A DNA stretch of 64,000 nt from Mytilus californianus (lineage: Eukaryota). Below the pieces are notes generated by a model, which searched no databases, had not been told where the DNA came from, and worked only from the letters and a program-made list of their open reading frames with translations. The DNA lies in assembly GCF_021869535.1 (NCBI RefSeq), contig NW_026262734.1:44640001-44704000 (forward strand). Direction: 5' to 3'. Positions 62,327-64,000 of this stretch are shown piece after piece (within the stretch, counting starts at the first letter, position 1; every line of letters begins with the position of its first letter). A program made the position numbers and the translations under genes.

Positions 62327-63766
62327 TCATCAGCTTTTAGATGTATATATACGATTTTGCATAAGCCTTTACAGTTTTCGATGTATAAGCAAGCACCCAC
62401 CAACGCGTTCAGTATTGAATCTTTGTCATTGTATGAGTTCAGTAATAAGGATTAAAAATCAAAATTACCAGTGTACATGAGCACTAAGAATTTTTGGATT
62501 GCGTTAAAACTTTTCAAAAGCCAATTGACACTGACAAAGCCTCATTATGAATTCATGTTGGCATAGAAGACGAACCTCTCCTATACATTTTAATAATTAT
62601 TTTTTGTATTGATGCACATTATACATTATCCGTCGGATCTCCTACAATTCGATTATGACAGGCAAAGTACAATTAAAGGGACTAGATTAACGTAACAAGG
62701 TTAAAGCAGATCCGATTATTTGCTTCCTCTCAAATCATGACTTGAGCTTTGACTGTTTTTTCTCATTTCTTCTAGGTTTTTTTGCCATTTTGACTAAATC
62801 TCAAAAACAACATTCCATTTTATAATATAAGTATGAACGTTATACAAAAGTTTATTTCGTCAAAATGTTTCGTGCACAAAGCATATTAGAACACAGAATA
62901 CTTATTTTTCAAAGCCCTATAACACATTTTATTGCAATGATAGTGTTTAACGTAATTGAGTTAAATTAATCTTCATTTTTTCTCACAAAATAAAATACCA
63001 GTTTAACTGTTTGCCAACTAATAAACATGCACTGTAGTTAATTACCTCTGAATAGGTTGGATTGTTCATCCTGTTAGCCCTTACACACTTACTTGTGATG
63101 CCAGTATTGATGATCAACATAACAGCTCCTCCTCTTAAATGGTAAGTACTAAATGCTTTACTGTTACCAAGATATTGCAATAGAAGTCCTTAAATGTAAA
63201 AGATTTTTATGATGCTATATTTTTAGGTCCCGGTTTGTCTATATGTTTGGTCCTTTTTTGCTTTTATTAGTTCTTTAATGTTTTATTAGGATTTGGTTAA
63301 TACAACATTTTTACTCTGAGCATCATTTAAGTGAAATTAATTGCTGAAATGCGAATCTGCTACAGTAATGTTAATGCTATTATATAACGATACATATGAA
63401 ATCGATGTACAGTGATTACCACAATTCGCTGTCTTATTTTATTTCGATTTTAACTGGTCACTTAAAATGTGCACAACCCAGTTAAGTTGTCTGTCAAGCA
63501 CCATACATGTTTACTCCATATACTACATGCATGCTGTCAAATGCAAGACTTGTCTTTTTGACACATTGCAGTTAAACATATATCAGTTTCACTGTGTAGT
63601 GTTTAGAAGTTAATTATTTTGATTTGTCTGCCATGAAATTTGTTTAAGCTGATTAGATAAAAAGGTGCATGTTTGAATAAAAAAAATAGATCATATACAG
63701 CAGTTTCTTTGTTTTAGGTTATACCAGAAATACAATCTTCCTTTTATGAAAGCCTTCATTCAGATG
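9826..63766 (+). CDS. Multi-exon gene, 3'-incomplete: MIB/HERC2(x1-5)-ZZ-MIB/HERC2 fused to a divergent TRPM-like cation channel
   Basis: About 21 GT-AG exons read by hand with compatible phases. Translations match Mind bomb MZM motifs, then TRPM motifs (PVII..GG; DK.EYV..L; ILVGCKIL; LNKMWYG; hydrophobic pre-S1; YNLPFMK). Confidence 0.85.
11040..11440 (-). mobile_element. Penelope-like RT C-terminal relic
   Basis: LDVDVPLVPSDGVYVSQ...NERNLCITNKVLRNGF (ORF 11175-11372), homologous to the other RT relics. Confidence 0.75.
12372..12680. mobile_element. About 300-bp retrozyme/pLTR-like monomer in intron 1
   Basis: Starts with an intact hammerhead (minus strand) and ends in a GC-rich hairpin; relics at 27640-27720 and 19561-19630. 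Confidence 0.7.
12380..12423 (-). ncRNA. Minimal type I hammerhead ribozyme
   Basis: Reverse complement GCGTCA-CTGATGA-GTCT TATGA AGAC-GAAA-CGAGCG-TC/TGGTGT. Canonical core, GUC cleavage triplet. Confidence 0.88.
12798..12888 (+). CDS. Exon 2: TEIQDEPRVQGYLSNFSTFAGERITDRYAG (phase 0 to 1)
   Basis: tttcaatag|ACG ... GGA G|gtatgt; 91 nt open; bridges exon 1 and the MIB/HERC2 exons. Confidence 0.7.
15010..15183 (+). CDS. MIB/HERC2-like exon, copy 1 (intact, 174 nt, phase 1 to 1): KIKQHSRVVKTSWTPKEDMQLGTIVRVKKSGKEVHVQWDKLEEKVNLLDLRLVDNAS
   Basis: tttttag|AA ... TCA G|gtattc. RVV..GTI...V.V.WD..DLRL.DNA pattern of the Mind bomb N-terminal MIB/HERC2 domain. Confidence 0.85.
15636..15750. repeat. 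39-bp minisatellite, about 3 copies
   Basis: TATATGGTGAATCAAGGTTGCCAATTTGTTTACGCGATA-like units. Confidence 0.85.
16330..17313 (-). mobile_element. Tc1/mariner transposase pseudogene
   Basis: HTH RRQIPETLRWLII..GYHYTVISHLVRKH; WRKIQWSDDNWF..DGRVRVW; FMDENARP; SPDLIPI; VIQASGDFTR. Frameshifts and two nested inserts. Confidence 0.88.
18207..18329 (+). CDS. MIB/HERC2-like exon, copy 2 (internally shortened, in frame, 123 nt): KKEKSSRVVFISRTIMRSSTVSSMQVGRNVNLRLLDNAPI
   Basis: ttttatag|AA ... ATA A|gtatgc. Ends are homologous to the other copies, the core is lost, there is no stop, phase 1 to 1. Confidence 0.5.
20563..20746 (+). pseudogene. MIB/HERC2-like exon, copy 3, frameshifted (184 nt)
   Basis: Reads KIEQGSRVVKKSWTPKEEMPLGTIVLVKTLRSEVYVQWDQIEEKVHLHDIRL. 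A 7-nt insertion (GAGTCTA) before GTCAACAATGCGCCAACAG|gt breaks the frame. Confidence 0.75.
22361..22537 (+). CDS. MIB/HERC2-like exon, copy 4: KEEGSRVVKIVWTPKDESCVGTIVKVNKTKQTARVRWDKQPEEKINLYKLRLVGNYLT
   Basis: Donor ACA G|gtataa. In frame (177 nt) only from the second AG of gatagag; the homologous AG at 22357-22358 gives 179 nt. Confidence 0.6.
23955..24107. mobile_element. Foldback (palindromic MITE-like) element
   Basis: ATAATTCATGTGGGTT..CTGATTTTACCACG..GCCCTTTAT is mirrored by ATAAAGGGC..CGTGGTAAAATCAG..AACCCCCATGAATTAT. Confidence 0.8.
24494..24670 (+). CDS. MIB/HERC2-like exon, copy 5 (intact, 177 nt, phase 1 to 1): KIEIGSRVVKKSQTTREEIPFGTIVNINQLKKEVHVKWDKPEEKVNPLDLHLYDNAPS
   Basis: tttatttatag|AT ... 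TCA G|gtagta. Ends in DNAPSG, like MIB1 DSAPTG just before the ZZ finger. Confidence 0.88.
26780..27270 (+). mobile_element. Penelope-like RT C-terminal and 3' UTR relic
   Basis: FPIMNFSFLYNTIIAAPTLGVYITQLIRYS*AC followed by degenerate 3' sequence. Confidence 0.7.
27435..27580 (-). repeat. Dispersed repeat equal to the 3' end of the RT family at 38960-39820
   Basis: GAGAGGCGAAAGAT..ATAAACTGACAACGCCATGGCT..CATAGAAAACTAAAGACTGAG. Other copies near 21990-22165, 22880-23020, 36120-36245, 55700-55990, 58320-58490. Confidence 0.75.
29046..29217 (+). CDS. ZZ-type zinc finger exon: VKHTNVTCDECYTYPLRGIRWKCLHCDSYDLCSVCYMVDEHNVNHIFSRIQSEDSK (phase 1 to 2)
   Basis: CxxC, GIRWKCxxCxxYDLCxxCY and two His, in Mind bomb ZZ spacing. 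ttcaag| and GG|gtaata. Confidence 0.95.
31520..31626 (+). CDS. Second MIB/HERC2 domain, part 1: KEMPPRFDVKLTGYAFACGILENAEVSLRKDNRKK (phase 2 to 1)
   Basis: gtgttacag|A ... AAA G|gtataa. Resembles the post-ZZ linker and GIF.GARV of MIB proteins. Confidence 0.8.
32899..33045 (+). CDS. Second MIB/HERC2 domain, part 2: VVLAIQDDEIDVHWLSNHKRSRHNILELQCEDTTSRQFYPDHLPILGK (phase 1 to 1)
   Basis: LQC...FYPDHLPILG matches MIB1 LKC...FYRDHCPVLG. aattaaag|GT ... AAA G|gttact. Confidence 0.85.
33719..33913 (-). mobile_element. Penelope-type RT relic of a different clade
   Basis: FSFNGEHYIQVNG, the segment that precedes G.AMG in classical Penelope-group RTs; the rest is decayed. Confidence 0.5.
34136..34188 (+). 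CDS. Junction exon: TLGHLDVDFSLNNIKQK (phase 1 to 0)
   Basis: tttaaatag|AT ... AAG|gtaaat. Supplies the needed phase change; weakly like the TRPM FGDI.F motif. Confidence 0.65.
35799..35943 (+). CDS. Exon: IQVNIRYRIEKKQKRSYKPVLYLIFANNQDTDHKKDRCTLMDEIFEYS (phase 0 to 1), divergent SLOG/MHR1
   Basis: ttatacag|ATT ... TCA A|gtaagt; 48 open codons. Confidence 0.7.
36957..37280. repeat. 28-bp minisatellite, about 12 copies
   Basis: TCACATTTACAGATGTTACAAAATTACG units. Confidence 0.95.
37820..37926 (+). CDS. Exon: KTKLPCHVIGKKVLFLHGSSRVVCIHHTTSDHTIK (phase 1 to 0)
   Basis: gtcttacag|AA ... AAG|gtaact; open, and both phases fit the neighbours. Confidence 0.7.
38797..38887 (+). CDS. Exon: ELVKKGFRIFERGDTNTEESEIKYFIRMAE (phase 0 to 1)
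   Basis: cataaatag|GAA ... GAA T|gtatgt. Loosely like the SLOG DDG....EI.LR..LE segment. Confidence 0.7.
38960..39820 (+). mobile_element. Penelope-like RT relic plus 3' UTR, interrupted by a nested repeat at about 39403-39718
   Basis: VNFQFLCSNFSAATAYG(TA)nSQLILYSRACVSYHEF. The UTR resumes after the insert. Confidence 0.8.
40631..40840 (+). mobile_element. tRNA-derived SINE with a V-domain-like core
   Basis: B-box-like GGTTGTGAATTTGAACCC; core GGTCGATGATTTTCTCCTGGCACTCCTCTGGCTTCCTCC; (CCAA/ACCA)n tail. Minus-strand relic near 48846-48920. Confidence 0.7.
41236..41348 (+). CDS. Exon: VLDEKVLPVIISMRNGGLNKDVLVSASSLLLPIIRLK (phase 1 to 0), TRPM SLOG PVV..GG..PV motif
   Basis: ttatttgcag|AT ... 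AAG|gtacac. Pattern similar to TRPM IPVVCVVVEGG...PVVV. Confidence 0.8.
41415..42440 (+). mobile_element. 5'-truncated Penelope-like element: RT C-terminus (41415-41804, 4 internal stops) plus complete 3' end
   Basis: RVRFAHICNNVFDFNESNLCIT*KLLHQGFR*HKLVKTFTKFYHRY...SLHWK*. Isolated copies of its terminus at 19990-20125, 21882-21960, 61670-61805. Confidence 0.88.
42634..42850 (+). CDS. Exon: KSSPDVTVLTLENG...EVQSNYDFEALICHLVIG (72 codons, phase 0 to 1)
   Basis: ttttatcgtag|AAA ... GGA G|gtatgt. End resembles TRPM DLD.AIL.ALL. Confidence 0.8.
45956..47423. mobile_element. Non-autonomous DNA transposon, TGTAACACTC termini, TATA TSD, 7+7 subterminal CCAAACGTGTCC repeats (possibly Ginger-type)
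   Basis: Left TATA|TGTAACACTC, right GAGTGTTACA|TATA; no transposase ORF seen. Confidence 0.85.
48357..48385 (+). CDS. Tentative small exon: SIANKHIVY (phase 1 to 0)
   Basis: Strong acceptor ttaatttttattgcag and donor |gtaagt. Gives the phase change needed between 42850 and 49804; further exons may be missed here. Confidence 0.5.
49223..49354. mobile_element. Foldback (palindromic MITE-like) element
   Basis: ATGTACATTGTCGGAAAATATAAAATTTATTTGTA is mirrored by TACAAATAAATTTTATATTTTTCGACAATGAACAT. Confidence 0.85.
49804..49932 (+). CDS. Exon: ETDKEEYVNVLSMYLLKIEKWRIPEDAFKLTFDHRSIEYIYEQ (phase 0 to 0), MHR3
   Basis: caattttag|GAG ... CAG|gtaatt. Like TRPM DK.EFV.LL ... FLT...L.ELY. Confidence 0.8.
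51375..51475. mobile_element. Near-perfect 101-bp foldback element
   Basis: 43-bp arms with 2 mismatches around a GCCC-TCC-GGGC loop hairpin. Confidence 0.9.
51502..51592 (+). CDS. Exon: DLTTAFASGLRADLVALSRLTDMPTDWKEK (phase 0 to 1)
   Basis: cgcttatag|GAT ... AAA G|gtgaat; open. Confidence 0.75.
52048..52146 (+). CDS. Exon: SVSNDEEDLCDYVIIQCVYFKKRNHPIIFTIT (phase 1 to 1)
   Basis: gacttttag|AT ... ACT C|gtgagt. HP falls in register with the TRPM YP/DP seven residues before the WAVL position. Confidence 0.7.
52279..52334 (+). CDS. Exon: LLRKQFYSGATQLIDTGF (phase 1 to 0), MHR4
   Basis: atatttag|CA ... TTT|gtaagt. Spliced to 57655 it places A, G, I and L in the TRPM LA..FW..G...I..AL register. 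Confidence 0.75.
52747..52847 (+). CDS. Candidate alternative exon: LDSYVRFFTEMICECQYEKEDIEELKMDLTHAV (phase 0 to 2)
   Basis: ttaacttcag|CTA ... CA|gtaagc. Same phases and nearly the same length as exon 57655-57758, but no clear TRPM motif. Confidence 0.3.
54159..54199. repeat. Poly(A) tract, 41 nt
   Basis: Direct reading; lies within a degenerate dispersed repeat. Confidence 0.95.
57655..57758 (+). CDS. Exon: IRIRHILVGCKILQAASDDKKNEQIQRETSQRLK (phase 0 to 2), MHR4 ALVACKIL motif
   Basis: tttttcag|ATT ... CT|gtaagg. ILVGCKIL matches TRPM ALVACKL/ALACSKIL. Confidence 0.85.
58877..59114 (+). CDS. Exon: YFTERATLITGFIYEATSNN...LEDAIKTENKAFLDNKTVTDILNKMWYGEEKSLFRQ (phase 2 to 0)
   Basis: 79 open codons. 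FE.RA..., A...K.F....V..L..MWYG is the end of TRPM MHR4. Confidence 0.9.
60070..61200 (+). mobile_element. Internally deleted Penelope-like RT relic plus 3' UTR
   Basis: PSMYWLPKL..PFKFRFI..NNSFWSVKNSKE (about 60140-60335), then KIYDRGDDFSFTIVNFQFL..DLNERYLCI..NQG (60421-60615). Confidence 0.8.
62282..62324. repeat. (TG)n microsatellite
   Basis: About 21 uninterrupted TG units. Confidence 0.98.
63056..63141 (+). CDS. Pre-S1 hydrophobic exon: VGLFILLALTHLLVMPVLMINITAPPLK (phase 0 to 2)
   Basis: ctctgaatag|GTT ... TG|gtaagt. A hydrophobic helix right after WYG, as in TRPM pre-S1. Confidence 0.85.
63718..63766 (+). CDS. Exon: (W)LYQKYNLPFMKAFIQM (phase 2 to 0), entry into S1
   Basis: ttgttttag|G ... 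ATG|gtaaga. Matches TRPM FY.AP.VKF. Confidence 0.8.
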
Positions 63767-64000
63767 GTAAGAAACATTAACATCCATTAAAGATAGGCAT
63801 GCTACACTATTATCTACTCATCTGCTGAATAAAAGTTGTGTGTAAATTGTATTTACAGCAATATACCGAATGGCTTAAAAAATGAATAATGTAAATTTAG
63901 AAGAGGAAATATTGTGTCAGCTAAAAATCATACAAGATATATAAAACTTTTATATAAGATTTCTGACAGTATTTGCATACCTTTTCATCTCATTTTTGCA

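Overview
AT-rich eukaryotic (metazoan) genomic DNA with spliceosomal introns. The repeat content looks like bivalve mollusc, probably Mytilus-like (inference from recalled repeat motifs; no database was run). The window is dominated by one large intron-rich + strand gene, CDS from about 9826 to beyond 63766 (3' end outside the window), reconstructed by hand from GT-AG exons. Splice phases chain consistently when copies 2-4 of the duplicated exon are treated as optional. One link (42850 to 49804) rests on a tentative 29-nt exon. The predicted protein is an unusual fusion: a Mind-bomb-type MIB/HERC2 - ZZ zinc finger - MIB/HERC2 (MZM) module joined in frame to a divergent TRPM-type channel (SLOG/MHR, MHR3-4, pre-S1, start of S1). 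The first MIB/HERC2 exon is present in five tandem phase-1/phase-1 copies in different states of decay. Introns and the upstream region are full of mobile DNA: Penelope-like RT relics and their 3' ends, a 538-bp tandem repeat whose units carry minimal hammerhead ribozymes (retrozyme-like), further intact and decayed hammerheads, a ~259-bp satellite with dimeric higher-order structure, a hAT MITE with a perfect 8-bp TSD, a TGT-ended element with TATA TSD, a Tc1 transposase relic, a V-type SINE, foldback elements, and mini- and microsatellites. Most ORFs in the supplied track are spurious.
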